Shown here: positions 35,801 to 44,381 of the stretch, one piece after another | Position numbering within the stretch: position 1 is the first letter of the stretch | Layout: each line of letters starts with the position of its first letter | DNA from: Planctomycetota bacterium | Lineage (GTDB): Bacteria; Planctomycetota; UBA8108; UBA1146 | Length of the DNA: 64,000 bases | Direction of reading: 5' to 3' | Assembly (NCBI GenBank): GCA_002711105.1 | Contig: PAIH01000044.1 | Location: 33,658 to 97,657 of the forward strand | Translations under genes and position numbers: made by a program | Notes under the pieces: generated by a model | Database searches by the model: none | What the model was told of the DNA's origin: nothing | What the model saw: the letters and a program-made list of their open reading frames with translations, nothing else

Positions 35801-38545
35801 AGAAACAAGAGCTGTGCAACCTCCTGGGTTCGTATTTACGATTACCGTTCCAGGTAAACCCTGAATCGTCGGTAAATCGACATCATTAACGACAACATCG
35901 AAAGCATGAGTGGTGATGTTTCCACTAGAGTCTTCTGCGACATATGTAACCTGAGTAGTTCCAACAGGAAAACTAGAGCCGGAAGCAATAGTTGGTTGGA
36001 AGTTAGTTACATCGCAGTTGTCATCCGAAGTGGGCTCAGACCAAGTAACGACGGCCTGGCACTCACCTGGTATGTTATCGACTTGCGTATTTTCAGGTGC
36101 AGAGCCAATGGTTGGGAATTGATCATCGACGACTGTGACATCAAAAGTATGTCCCGTAACATTGCCGCTCACATCTGTGACCACGTATGAAACTGGAGTG
36201 CTTCCTACTGGAAATGAATCTCCGGATTCATGCGTTGTGACAATGGAGCCAACACCGCAATCATCTGAAATTGTTGGCTCATCCCAAGAAACAACAGTTT
36301 CGCACAATCCCATTTCTGCAGGAATCGAAATGGATTCTGGAAGTCCGTCGATCGTCGGCGGACTAAGATCGGTATCCACTTCGCAAACATCAGGAACCAG
36401 GTTTTCGTCGCAATCGACCGCACCTTCAGCAACGTCACACTCATCAGGGTTCTGATTCAAATCGCAATCACCACTGGAATTGCTCGCGATGTCACAACTA
36501 TCGATGACACCGTTGGAGTTACAGTCTGGTTGTGAACCACTACTAAGTTCGCACTCATCAGGAATCAGATTCCCATTACAGTCCGGCGAAGTTCCGAAAG
36601 CGATGTCGCAAATATCCGGGACCGAATTGCTATTACAATCTTCGGAGGTTCCTTCATCTAGTTCACAAAGATCGATATTTCCATTCGAGTTGCAATCTTC
36701 TGCAACTCCTAAAAGGATTTCGCAAACATCTAGAACCAGATTTGTATTGCAGTCGAGAGCAACGCCAGTACCAATATCGCAACTATCAGGAATCGCATTC
36801 ACATTGCAATCAACCGCGAATCCGAAAGCGATATCACACTGGTCAAGGATGCCGTTAGCATTGCAATCGAAAGCCAGTCCGTCTGTAATTTCGCAGCCGT
36901 CTTCCACTCCGTTGAAATTGCAATCGTTTTCGCAATCATCCGGAATCGCATTGGCGTTACAGTCTGGCGAAGCACCAGAAGCAATGTCGCATGAATCGAC
37001 TACTCCGTTTGAATTGCAATCTGGCTCGGAGCCGTCATCCAATTGGCACTGGTCGGGAATTCCATCCTGATTACAGTCGGAAACTTCGCCACTGTCGATC
37101 TGGCAAGAATCTAGCACTCCATCCAAATTGCAATCGAGTTCTGTTCCCTGGAAAATATCGCAGGGGTCATCGACTCCATTTAGATTACAGTCTTCAAGAT
37201 CTATTCGGCGATCTGCAACAGCAAATTCAGAGGTTAATGACACACCGCAACACCACCGCCCAGCAGCTGCAACCGTGGAACCAAATTTGTTACCACTGAC
37301 CAAAACTGATGGAAACCAACTTTCTGAGTCATATCCACCTGACGAATTCTTTTCGTAGATGAAGATTGCACCGGTGTTACCGTTTGCCTTCCACGCTCCT
37401 GCGACCATGTAGGTAGTTGTGATCGCAACATCAATTCCAAGTTGTGCGTTTTGTAACCCTTGTGACAACTTTCCAGATTGCGTGTATACGAAAGAAGTTC
37501 TTTCGAAGTGATAGGCTGCCCCATCTGCACTGTCTGCAATCGGAGCACCGACCAGCAGGTGGCTATCCGACAGATCAATCGCACTTCCAAACTCGGAGCC
37601 TGACTGTGGATCTTGCGCTGTCAATTTCTGAGTGAAAATCCAACTTGTCGGCGAGACGCTCGTGTAAAGGTAAACGGCACCAACTTGATCCAAGAAACCA
37701 AGATCAGCTTCTTCATCACCGACTGCGATGAAATCGCCATCTATGGCAACACTTCCACCGAATCGTTTCGCTGAATTAGGATCGTTGGATTGAATGATTT
37801 GATCTTCAGTCCAAGTATTTCCATCGAAACTGAAGATGTATGCGGCACCCGAATCGGAATTTGAAAGTGCTGCCCAGGCACCTATGACCGCTCGCTCTTC
37901 AGATATACCAACAGAGATTCCAAATTCGTCATTATCTGTTCCATTAGACGCTTGGATCTTTTGCTCAAAGTTCCAGCTGGATCCATCGTGCCGGTATATG
38001 TAAGCAGCACCGACGCTGCCTTGTGCTGCTCCACCATCAAGTCCCGGAGCTCCTACGATCAAAAGGTTTCCACTCAAAGATACGGTTTGACCGAATTCTG
38101 CGCCGTCGTCTGGGTCTGGAGCTATCAAGATGGCATCCTCAACCCAACGACTGCCGATGTTTCTGTAAAGGTGAACGGCTCCCGCATCGAGACCGGAGTA
38201 CTGCGACTCCGGTGCACCGAGAGCTAACCAATTCCCAGACATTTCTGCAGATTGACCAAACTGATCAGATGCCAAGACTGGAGTTAGAACATCTTCCAAG
38301 TCAGCCTCACATGCATCTAGAACAGAATCTTGATTGCAATCGAGAGAAGGATCTTGTGCGATCTGGCATTCGTCTGGAATCCCATCTCCGTCACAATCGT
38401 CACTTGAGTTTTCTGCGATATCACAACTGTCTGCAGATCCATTGGCATTACAGTCCACGGTGGGCTCGCATTGAGCGTCAACCTTGGAACTGAATCCAAT
38501 CGCCACACACAGAATGACCAGGAAGGCGAGGGGCAACGACTTCAT
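29810..38545 (-). CDS. Giant secreted modular protein P3 (2911 aa): DCN repeats, FG-GAP propeller, ~14 DCN repeats, ~24 HYR domains, DCN repeats, dockerin-like C-terminal module
   Basis: One uninterrupted ORF. ATG start with GGAGG 9 nt upstream. Signal peptide 'MKSLPLAFLVILCVAIGFSSKVDAQ'. Confidence 0.9.
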   Translation of the reverse strand: MKSLPLAFLVILCVAIGFSSKVDAQCEPTVDCNANGSADSCDIAENSSDDCDGDGIPDECQIAQDPSLDCNQDSVLDACEADLEDVLTPVLASDQFGQSAEMSGNWLALGAPESQYSGLDAGAVHLYRNIGSRWVEDAILIAPDPDDGAEFGQTVSLSGNLLIVGAPGLDGGAAQGSVGAAYIYRHDGSSWNFEQKIQASNGTDNDEFGISVGISEERAVIGAWAALSNSDSGAAYIFSFDGNTWTEDQIIQSNDPNSAKRFGGSVAIDGDFIAVGDEEADLGFLDQVGAVYLYTSVSPTSWIFTQKLTAQDPQSGSEFGSAIDLSDSHLLVGAPIADSADGAAYHFERTSFVYTQSGKLSQGLQNAQLGIDVAITTTYMVAGAWKANGNTGAIFIYEKNSSGGYDSESWFPSVLVSGNKFGSTVAAAGRWCCGVSLTSEFAVADRRIDLEDCNLNGVDDPCDIFQGTELDCNLDGVLDSCQIDSGEVSDCNQDGIPDQCQLDDGSEPDCNSNGVVDSCDIASGASPDCNANAIPDDCENDCNFNGVEDGCEITDGLAFDCNANGILDQCDIAFGFAVDCNVNAIPDSCDIGTGVALDCNTNLVLDVCEILLGVAEDCNSNGNIDLCELDEGTSEDCNSNSVPDICDIAFGTSPDCNGNLIPDECELSSGSQPDCNSNGVIDSCDIASNSSGDCDLNQNPDECDVAEGAVDCDENLVPDVCEVDTDLSPPTIDGLPESISIPAEMGLCETVVSWDEPTISDDCGVGSIVTTHESGDSFPVGSTPVSYVVTDVSGNVTGHTFDVTVVDDQFPTIGSAPENTQVDNIPGECQAVVTWSEPTSDDNCDVTNFQPTIASGSSFPVGTTQVTYVAEDSSGNITTHAFDVVVNDVDLPTIQGLPGTVIVNTNPGGCTALVSWAAPTIEDNCPGSTVSSNLNPGDAFPVGVTLVTYTATDAQGNQSESSFEMTVIDDEDPVVTGVPSSVIIDNDTGVCGAVYEWMAPEASDNCDSLLVTISHSSGHLFDIGVTNVTLSVDDGNGNVLDFAFNVEVLDSEAPSIARMPEDISVTAEPGLCTANVDWELPDASDNCEAATLVANHQPQTDYPVGTTVVTYTATDIYGNIALESFSVTVVDDQAPTLSGLPADISTDSLPGVCGATVAWADPVFDDNCGIASLETTNEPGSTFQVGMTTVTYTLTDVNNNVTKDSFIVTIDDIEHPVISDMPADIVMSNETGQCGAAATWEAPTASDNCIVSSLEPDHAPGDIFPVGMTEVTYTATDDSGLQSTASFFVTIEDDEIPTISGLVASVSFTNSEGSCDGIATWESPTAADNCGISELTSSHESGWIFSVGDTLVTYTATDIHNNQNTAVLTVTIVDEEAPTFVEAPDEISLPNDPGLCSAVTNWDTPIPADNCQIMSLGTTHLPGTVFPVGPTEVTYTAMDIYGNIATHSFVVTVLDNEMAEILDAPAIVEIDAELGLCTAAATWDPPSATDNCGVLSFESTHDSGDVFPVGTTQVTLTATDNHFNITTSTFNVVVTDTQAPAIIGMPEDIQLGSEAGLCSALATWTAPTGEDNCGVQSLLSSHDPDTYFDVGTTEVTITLTDIHGNTTEDVMLVTVTDVEDPLIINLPERITIPTEPGICEGTTSWEDPDTSDNCGVAMLEVSVESGSMLPVGDTDVVYTVTDIHGNTTSQAFIVTVEDQEVPQITNVPADSANSNDLDECGASVTWVEPDASDNCAILTFTSSHASGDFFEVGTTEVTLTATDVHENVQTASFLVTVDDDQDPEIAGMPLDFTATAESGLCGASVTWTEPTASDNCIEVTLDSSHQPGDFFPVGSSDVIYTAMDSHGNVVADKFKVTITDDEAPILVGMPSDMEMTAEAGLCSAVVNWDTVTSTDNCEIESLESDHQSGQSFPVGETLVTYTTSDIHGNVTSDNFLITITDDENPVFVDLPERVTSSSESGLCSASVSWDDPIATDNCAVSSITLSHSSGVQFPVGETTVTVTATDIHDNQTTELFIIEVVDQESPQILDIPADVTSQNDAGECGAITTWAAPSAEDNCGIDTFEMSHSSGDFFDVGTTAVMLIATDIHGNTTSAAFVVTIEDTENPVIAGLPDGLTYNTEPGVCTATAMWDDPAITDNCGIQDSTATHQPGDSFPVGTTDVSYSTADLYGNTTTVAFSVTVTDVEAPQIIDLPERITIPTEPGLCEGIANWDDPLTSDNCAVDTLISTVASGTALPVGETVVTYTATDIHGNSHSDSFIVTVEDQELPQIIGTPADMDQQNDESHCGAIVTWTEPTTIDNCGIQSTETTHSSGGFFAVGTTEVTLTTTDIHGNLATESFTITITDAENPMIHDLPGDLMYSSELGFCSATALWDDPTSTDNCGVSEMTSTHLPGDTFAVGSTDVTYTSVDIHGNDTSGSFTVVVVDEEYPVILDVPANITVSNDPGVCGALVTWQQATSTDNCAILVFEETHVPGTYFPVGTTPVTFAATDTAGNRTIASFEVTVMDNEDPELLNIPENVSVSNDQGQCEATVDWALPSAQDNCDTVDLQSSHSSGSAFPIGTTTVTITAVDQYGNKAVGGFTISVQDSELPQILAVPANITTNNDPGQCAASVEWLAPSSEDNCPGESLDLTHDSGDSFEVGSTEVQITVTDASGNSVTSSFNVTVLDEEDPTIESSGDITVVATSETCNSELDIPAPATADNCQVGSVTNDYTGTSDASGTYDLGTTVITWIVTDVYGNEATTTQSVTVVVDETDCNENGQPDICEIASGAANDCNMNGIPDECEADCNGNGTPDDCDITSGGSADTNSNGTPDECEQPFRRGDANGTGNVDLTDPIYILEYVVGIGPELSCLDTGDCNDDESLDISDVIYLLQHLFLASAPPADPYGFCGLDPDGVSIGCDSYSICP
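29813..30085 (-). other. Dockerin-like C-terminal module of P3, ending in ...CDSYSICP
   Basis: 'GDANGTGNVDLTD' and 'DCNDDESLDISD' loops, then 'CGLDPDGVSIGC'. Confidence 0.65.
30290..36375 (-). repeat. HYR domain array of P3, ~24 units
   Basis: Same consensus as P1 and P2. The count is array length divided by the period. Confidence 0.8.
36375..37200 (-). repeat. DCN repeat array of P3
   Basis: 'DCNLNGVDDPCD...DCNLDGVLDSCQ...DCNQDGIPDQCQ...' and further units. Confidence 0.8.
37200..38299 (-). other. FG-GAP-like beta-propeller of P3
   Basis: 'QFGQSAEMSGNWLALGAPES...GAVHLY', 'EFGQTVSLSGNLLIVGAPG' and further blades. Confidence 0.7.
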
Positions 38546-38856
38546 GGCTCTATACCTCCAGCAGTCCCGTGCTATTCACGGGCAGGAATTTGTTGACCGG
38601 AGTAGGGACATTCCCTCTCCAGAAAAACAGGGTTTCTAATTGTCTTTGAATCAGCAGAATCGTTATCGGTCGCGTAGAAAGACCGAGACCCATTCCGCGT
38701 CATTTAATGGAAGAAGAGAACTCTAATTTATCGCTAAACCCATATCTGGCTAGCGTAGAAACCCACAGATAGCACTCTATTGCTCGGAATAAAAAAACTT
38801 TGAGGGGTATCCATCGTCGCTTCAAACCCGGCAAGAAATGCCGGACGGAGAGAACT

Positions 38857-39201
38857 TCAAGGCCCCGGAGCGAGGAAAACTAAAACCAACAGTTGATCAG
38901 GTCCGTCATTACGGACTCCATGAGGAACATCCGCTGGTGCCACCAGCATCTGACCTGCAACTAGCTGTATTTCGCGACCTTCCAGGAGAAACTGACCCAC
39001 GCCGGCACTCACCAGATACACCTTGTCCATATCCGAATGTGCATGGAGAGCATGTTCCTGGCCTACTTCGAAGCAATTCAGCCCGACCAAAAGCCGTTCT
39101 GAGTGGAAGATCGTACTCTTGGCCATCTGGGTTGAACTCGATCTGGCATGATCCTGTGGCTGAATCTTGCTGGGATGTTTGATTCCCTGTTCCCGTGACA
39201 A
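38857..39201 (-). CDS. Cupin_2 domain protein, last gene of the hem operon
   Basis: 'GQEHALHAHSDMDKVYLVSAGVG...VAPADVPHGVRN' carries the cupin His/Glu motifs. It starts 4 nt after the hemY stop. Confidence 0.75.
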   Translation of the reverse strand: MSREQGIKHPSKIQPQDHARSSSTQMAKSTIFHSERLLVGLNCFEVGQEHALHAHSDMDKVYLVSAGVGQFLLEGREIQLVAGQMLVAPADVPHGVRNDGPDQLLVLVFLAPGP

Positions 39202-39205
39202 TCGA

Positions 39206-40606
39206 TTACTCCTGTCTTGAGGCTAGATGAGAGACAACCTGAAGGGCAGCATCCTCGCCGGAGCGAGCACAGGATTCCAGTGAGATCCCGTCCATATAAC
39301 CACCCGCCACCACCAACTCAGGGTGTGATAATAGCTCAGACCGGATCGTGGTGACCCTCTTGCCATGTCCCAGGCACTGCTGAGGAATCGCTGCAGTAGC
39401 TTTCCCAACGGCCGTCATCACTGGAATCAACCCCTGGCCGTGGACACTTTGCAAAGCAGATATTGCTCGATCCACCAGTAGGCGGTCCGATTCGTCGACA
39501 ACTCCAGGATCTCGGGTCCCACCGAGAAATATTGTCGCCAGAGATTTGGTATCAGGCGCTCTCCACGGGAAAATCGAGGAAGACCAGATGGTTCCGAGGA
39601 TAGGCAGTCCTTGATCCCTCGGAACCAGGAATCCAAACCCATCGGGGCGCTTGCTACAAGATTCAGGATCGTAACCAATCTGTACGAGCGTCATCGAAGC
39701 ATACGGTATCTGATTCAGTGCTTCCGCTACCCGTGGAAAACAAGGCGTCAGGAGACGACCGGCAACAAATGCCGGTAGTGCCATGATCACACCATCCACT
39801 TGAATCGTATCGGTTGGATACGCCCCATCGAGAAAGAGCTTCCAACCGTTTTTTGATCTTTCCACTGCGGTAACCGGTGTATCGGGATGAAAGCGATCTC
39901 CCAATTCCAGGGCCAACGCGGACGGTAAAGATTCCATCCCTTGTTGGAGAGTTCCGGTGCCCTGAAAAGGAACCCCTGTCGGACGCGGGGAGCGAAGAAA
40001 TCCCATCAGAACACTCCCGTAGCGCTGCTCCCATTCCTTCAAACGAGGAGAAAAGGAATTCAGTTCGAGTTGCTCTGGAATCCCTCCGCAGATACCCGCC
40101 ACCATCGCATCTGCAAGATAACGGCAGGCCTCGACTCCGAAACGACGTCGAAAAAAGCTTCTCACCGACTCTTCCTCGTCACCGCCTCTACCGATGAGAG
40201 GCTCCGCCACAAGCCTCGCCCAACCCAAAGGTGAAAGAGCACGTGAAAAGGGAATCAGAAGGGGGTTCGACGGGAGTGCTCTGAGAGAATTGTCGCGCCA
40301 TATGTAGCGCTTGCTGGCGTTCTTTCTGGCACTTCTCCAGGAATCTCCGAGGCCAACTTGCTCGGCAAGGCGGATCAAGGTCGGACTGGTTGGAAGTACC
40401 GAATGAGGACCCCACTCAAGAATCCAATCATCCTCATGAGTAGTCCGAATCCAACCTCCCGGTCGCGAAGAAGACTCGAACAGATGTACTTCGGCCCCAC
40501 TTTGACGAGCCTGCATTGCAGCGGCAAGTCCCGTGATGCCCCCTCCGATGACTGCGATGCTGTACCCGCGGTCACGCAGGATTTCAGGTGTAGGAACGGA
40601 TCTCAT
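39206..40606 (-). CDS. hemY: HemY-type FAD-dependent protoporphyrinogen/coproporphyrinogen oxidase
   Basis: N-terminal dinucleotide fold 'IAVIGGGITGLAAA', ~466 aa, located in the hem operon. Confidence 0.85.
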   Translation of the reverse strand: MRSVPTPEILRDRGYSIAVIGGGITGLAAAMQARQSGAEVHLFESSSRPGGWIRTTHEDDWILEWGPHSVLPTSPTLIRLAEQVGLGDSWRSARKNASKRYIWRDNSLRALPSNPLLIPFSRALSPLGWARLVAEPLIGRGGDEEESVRSFFRRRFGVEACRYLADAMVAGICGGIPEQLELNSFSPRLKEWEQRYGSVLMGFLRSPRPTGVPFQGTGTLQQGMESLPSALALELGDRFHPDTPVTAVERSKNGWKLFLDGAYPTDTIQVDGVIMALPAFVAGRLLTPCFPRVAEALNQIPYASMTLVQIGYDPESCSKRPDGFGFLVPRDQGLPILGTIWSSSIFPWRAPDTKSLATIFLGGTRDPGVVDESDRLLVDRAISALQSVHGQGLIPVMTAVGKATAAIPQQCLGHGKRVTTIRSELLSHPELVVAGGYMDGISLESCARSGEDAALQVVSHLASRQE

Positions 40607-41624
40607 CTACTACCGCCTGAACATTCGCCACCGGTGTCGGTGGCAGAATTCCGTGTCCCAAATTGAAGACATGTCCGGGATGGCCCCGGAAGGCATCGAG
40701 CAATTCTCTGACTCGGCACCTCAGATCTTCTTCAGAAGCGAACAGTGCCTGAGGTGGCAAATTACCCTGCAGAGCACAACGATCACCGAAGATGGTAAGT
40801 GCCTGCTCGGGAGGTGTCATCTCATCGAGACCTACCGCTTCGACTCCAACTTCATTCACCATCTTCGCGATCTTCTCAAGATGATTTCCGGCACCCCGGA
40901 TGAAGAGGATTCGTGGAACACCGCACCCATCGAGTCCCTCCATGATTCTACGGCAATAATGCAGGGAAAATTCTTCGAAGGCCTGATGACCTAACATACC
41001 TCCCCATGAATCGAATAGTTGTAGCGCATTAGCTCCTGCCTCAACTTGTGCCAGAAGATATGCGATCACCGTATCCGCGATCTTCTCCATCAGTAAATGG
41101 AGATCCGCAGGACTCTCATAGATCATTCTCTGAGCTGCAGCAAATGTTCGGCTGGGAGATCCCTCCAGTGCATAACAAGAAAGAGTCCAAGGAGCACCGG
41201 CAAACCCTATCACTGGAACTTTCCCATTCACCCGCCCGTGTACTGCTCGAATCACATCCATCACAAACCCTGTGGATTCTACGGGATCAGGAATTTTTAA
41301 TGCCTCGATAGCAGCGCGATCTCGCAACGGGTCCGACATGCACGGCCCTCTATCCCCAAATTCGACTTCTAGTCCCATCGCTTCCAGGGGAACAAGAATA
41401 TCGCTGAAGATGATAACCGCATCGACGTCGAGAACTTCCAGAGGCTCGACACTCACCTCTGCAGCGAGCTCTGGTGTTTTGCAGAGCTGTAGGAAGTCAA
41501 TCCCACCTCTGATTCTTTGATATCCAGGTAAATAACGTCCTGCCTGCCGCATGAACCAAACTGGTGTTCTCTCAGTAGGTTGTCTCCTGAGAGTCCTGAT
41601 CAGCAGTGAGTTTTCGTTGCTCAA
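40584..41624 (-). CDS. hemE: Uroporphyrinogen decarboxylase
   Basis: Signature 'RTPVWFMRQAGRYLPGY'. 346 aa. Confidence 0.95.
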   Translation of the reverse strand: MSNENSLLIRTLRRQPTERTPVWFMRQAGRYLPGYQRIRGGIDFLQLCKTPELAAEVSVEPLEVLDVDAVIIFSDILVPLEAMGLEVEFGDRGPCMSDPLRDRAAIEALKIPDPVESTGFVMDVIRAVHGRVNGKVPVIGFAGAPWTLSCYALEGSPSRTFAAAQRMIYESPADLHLLMEKIADTVIAYLLAQVEAGANALQLFDSWGGMLGHQAFEEFSLHYCRRIMEGLDGCGVPRILFIRGAGNHLEKIAKMVNEVGVEAVGLDEMTPPEQALTIFGDRCALQGNLPPQALFASEEDLRCRVRELLDAFRGHPGHVFNLGHGILPPTPVANVQAVVDEIRSYT

Positions 41625-41640
41625 GTGAGACCCCTTCCCC

Positions 41641-42621
41641 CTAGCGATTTTCTATCAGAGAAACCGCTTTCTCGGCTCCATATGTCACTATGATCGAGGC
41701 TCCAGCCCTTCTTAACGAATCGAGGCTCTCAAGGTACGCCTGATCACCATCAATCCAACCCTTGTCAGCAGCTGCCTGAAGTTGAGCCCACTCTCCGCTG
41801 ACATGATAGGAGGCAACCGGAACTTCAAAAGCATCGTGAATTCTGGCCACGATGTCCAGATAAGGAAGTCCGGGCTTCACCATGACTATGTCGGCTCCCT
41901 CATCGATATCGAGAGCCACTTCCTGCATCGCTTCACGTGAATTTCTCGAATCCATCTGATATCCACGCCGATCTCCAGAGGACGGAGTGCTCTGTGCGGC
42001 ATCCCGGAATGGGCCATAGAAGGCCGAGGCGTACTTGGCGGCATAGGACAATATCAGCACGTTTTGGTGTTCTGCAGCGTCCAACCGTTCTCGAATTGCC
42101 TGCACTTGCCCATCTGCCATCGCAGAGGGTGCAACAATGTCACATCCAGCATCCGCCAGGACCTGTGCCTGATGTGCCAGAACATCCAGAGTCGCATCAT
42201 TGTCTACATCTCCATTCTGGAGAATTCCGCAATGACCATGATCTGTGAATTCGCAGAGGCACACATCTCCAATGATAATGAGCTCGGAAGCAGCTTCACT
42301 GATCGCTCGAATTGCTCTAGGAACTACTCCCGCGGGATCGACAGAGCCTGACCCTTCCGGGTCCTTATTATCGGGAACACCAAATAGCATGACCGCTGGC
42401 ACTCCAGCATCTTGAATCTGTTTGGCTCGTTCTCCGATCCTGTCGCAAGAAAATTGCGCCTGTCCGGGAAGTGACCCAATGGGACGCTCGATCGCATCCC
42501 CGTCACAGACGAAGAGGGGCTGGACGAGGCCGTGACGAGTGACGTGGGTCTCGGCAAGCATCTCACGCATTGCACGATTCTGTCTTAACCTACGCATTCT
42601 CCGGAATGGAAAACTCGACAT
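41641..42621 (-). CDS. hemB: Porphobilinogen synthase (ALA dehydratase), Zn-type
   Basis: 'FRRMRRLR' N-terminus and Cys-rich metal site 'DVCLCEFTDHGHCG'. Confidence 0.95.
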   Translation of the reverse strand: MSSFPFRRMRRLRQNRAMREMLAETHVTRHGLVQPLFVCDGDAIERPIGSLPGQAQFSCDRIGERAKQIQDAGVPAVMLFGVPDNKDPEGSGSVDPAGVVPRAIRAISEAASELIIIGDVCLCEFTDHGHCGILQNGDVDNDATLDVLAHQAQVLADAGCDIVAPSAMADGQVQAIRERLDAAEHQNVLILSYAAKYASAFYGPFRDAAQSTPSSGDRRGYQMDSRNSREAMQEVALDIDEGADIVMVKPGLPYLDIVARIHDAFEVPVASYHVSGEWAQLQAAADKGWIDGDQAYLESLDSLRRAGASIIVTYGAEKAVSLIENR

Positions 42622-42666
42622 TTGAAGCCTGCTCTCATTCCTCGTTTTGTGGCTTTGCCACGAATT

Positions 42667-43464
42667 TCATTTGGACCATTTCATCGTACCACCACCAAGG
42701 AGATTTGCGCAGGCAACGACGAGATCTGTGGATGTTGCTCGTTCTGCAATTTCAATCTGTGCCCAACCTTGAACCTGCAATTCGTTTGCAGTAGTCACCC
42801 CTGCAGCCACGGCGGGAACCTCTAGCAATGAATCTTTCGTGTCCCCAGCTCGAGATAATACGGCTCGAACCGAGGCAGGACTGCTAAATATGATGCCTGA
42901 CCAGGACCCTTGAACGTCGGTTTTCCAGCTCTTTGGATCGAGATCAGCTTCCACCTGTGTCTTTGAAGCTTCAACCCTGGAAGTCGTGAATTCTGCAGCC
43001 GATAAACGGTCAATGATGATGGGAAGCCCCGCGTCACTGGTGTAGTGAATCACCTCACAGCGATTGAATGTTGAGATCACCTGAGTTACTAGCTCCTCAG
43101 CACCCATTCCTTGCCCCTCCACATCAACCTCATAACCGCCAGCACGAATTGCTGCTGCAGTGGCAGGACCAACAGCAGCCCAATGCACCGACTTCAAGTG
43201 ATGGTGATCTTCCTGCTCTATCAAGGAAAAGAAATGCTGGACGGTCGTAGCGCTGGTGAAAACCAGCAAGCCATCCTGGCTGAAATTCGCCAGTGACGAA
43301 CGAACCGATTCGCTCTCGGCTTCGACCAGTTCCAGAGCTGGAGCGAGAAGAACCTCAGCTCCTTCGATGGTCAGTGCGTCACACCAGCTTGCAGCGCGAT
43401 TCCTGGGCCGGGTCAATATCCACCGGGAACCGCTGAGATGCCCGCCAGACATTATTGATCCCAT
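42667..43464 (-). CDS. hemD: Uroporphyrinogen-III synthase
   Basis: 'ILTRPRNRA...L...GAEVLLAPALE...LLVFTSATTV' pattern. It sits between hemC and hemB. An alternative ATG at 43452 overlaps the hemC stop as TAATG. Confidence 0.8.
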   Translation of the reverse strand: MGSIMSGGHLSGSRWILTRPRNRAASWCDALTIEGAEVLLAPALELVEAESESVRSSLANFSQDGLLVFTSATTVQHFFSLIEQEDHHHLKSVHWAAVGPATAAAIRAGGYEVDVEGQGMGAEELVTQVISTFNRCEVIHYTSDAGLPIIIDRLSAAEFTTSRVEASKTQVEADLDPKSWKTDVQGSWSGIIFSSPASVRAVLSRAGDTKDSLLEVPAVAAGVTTANELQVQGWAQIEIAERATSTDLVVACANLLGGGTMKWSK

Positions 43465-44381
43465 TCCGCAGCCAGCTGAGCGAGGATTTCATCACCGCCT
43501 GCTTTTTTGATCAGCTCGGCCAATTTCTCTCCCAGGCCCACGGGATCATCAAAGGATCCTTCAAGACCGAGACGAATCAGTCGTGAACCATCGGGAAGAC
43601 CCAAAGCTCCGCAGATGGTGATCTGATGTTCCGAACTGACAGCGTAAGCACCCACCGGAAGATGACAACCACCACCAAATGCCAAGAGAAGACTTCTCTC
43701 CGCCTCCACGCAACGTCGCGTCGGTAGATGATCCAGCTCAGAAATGATGCTGATCAACTCTTCATGATTAGACCTGACCTCAATCGCCAGGGCTCCTTGA
43801 CCCGGAGCTGGTGTGATTTCGGTCGGCAACAAGCTGGAACGAATTCGATCTTCCAGCCCCAATCTCTTCAACCCAGCACACGCGAGCATCAATCCCGCAT
43901 CTCCTCGTTCGGCATGAAGACGAAGTCTGGTATCTACATTCCCCCGAATTCCGGCAACTTTCAGATGCGGATACTTATGTAAAATCTGGGCACTGCGTCG
44001 CAGGGATCCCGTTGCGATCACGCCCCCTGCAGGGACATCAACCATTCCCGGATAATCACTCGAAATCCACGCATCGAGAGGGTCCTCTCGGGGCGGAATT
44101 GCTGCAATCGTCAATTCAGGAGGTTGTACCACCGGGAGGTCTTTCAATGAGTGCACCGCTACATCAATTTCTTCCCTGGCCAACGCACTCTCTACCTCAG
44201 CGGTGAATACACCTGGCGAACCGACCTCATGCAGAGGAGTGACCTGATCTTGATCTCCTCCGGTTTCAATCAGTACTGTTTCTATAGTGACCCCGGGGGA
44301 AACTTCTTTGATCCGGTCAGCCACCCACCCTGACTGAGTCCGGGCAAGGGCACTCGATCTTGTTCCTAACCTGATCTTCAA
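43452..44381 (-). CDS. hemC: Hydroxymethylbilane synthase (porphobilinogen deaminase)
   Basis: 'IRLGTRSSALARTQ' N-terminus. 309 aa. Confidence 0.95.
   Translation of the reverse strand: MKIRLGTRSSALARTQSGWVADRIKEVSPGVTIETVLIETGGDQDQVTPLHEVGSPGVFTAEVESALAREEIDVAVHSLKDLPVVQPPELTIAAIPPREDPLDAWISSDYPGMVDVPAGGVIATGSLRRSAQILHKYPHLKVAGIRGNVDTRLRLHAERGDAGLMLACAGLKRLGLEDRIRSSLLPTEITPAPGQGALAIEVRSNHEELISIISELDHLPTRRCVEAERSLLLAFGGGCHLPVGAYAVSSEHQITICGALGLPDGSRLIRLGLEGSFDDPVGLGEKLAELIKKAGGDEILAQLAAEWDQ

Noticed and set aside
38838-39182. The plus-strand 114-aa ORF overlapping the cupin gene.
   Set aside because: The minus-strand frame has clear cupin His/Glu motifs and operon continuity with hemY (4-nt spacer). 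The plus-strand translation is Pro/Arg-rich with no motif.
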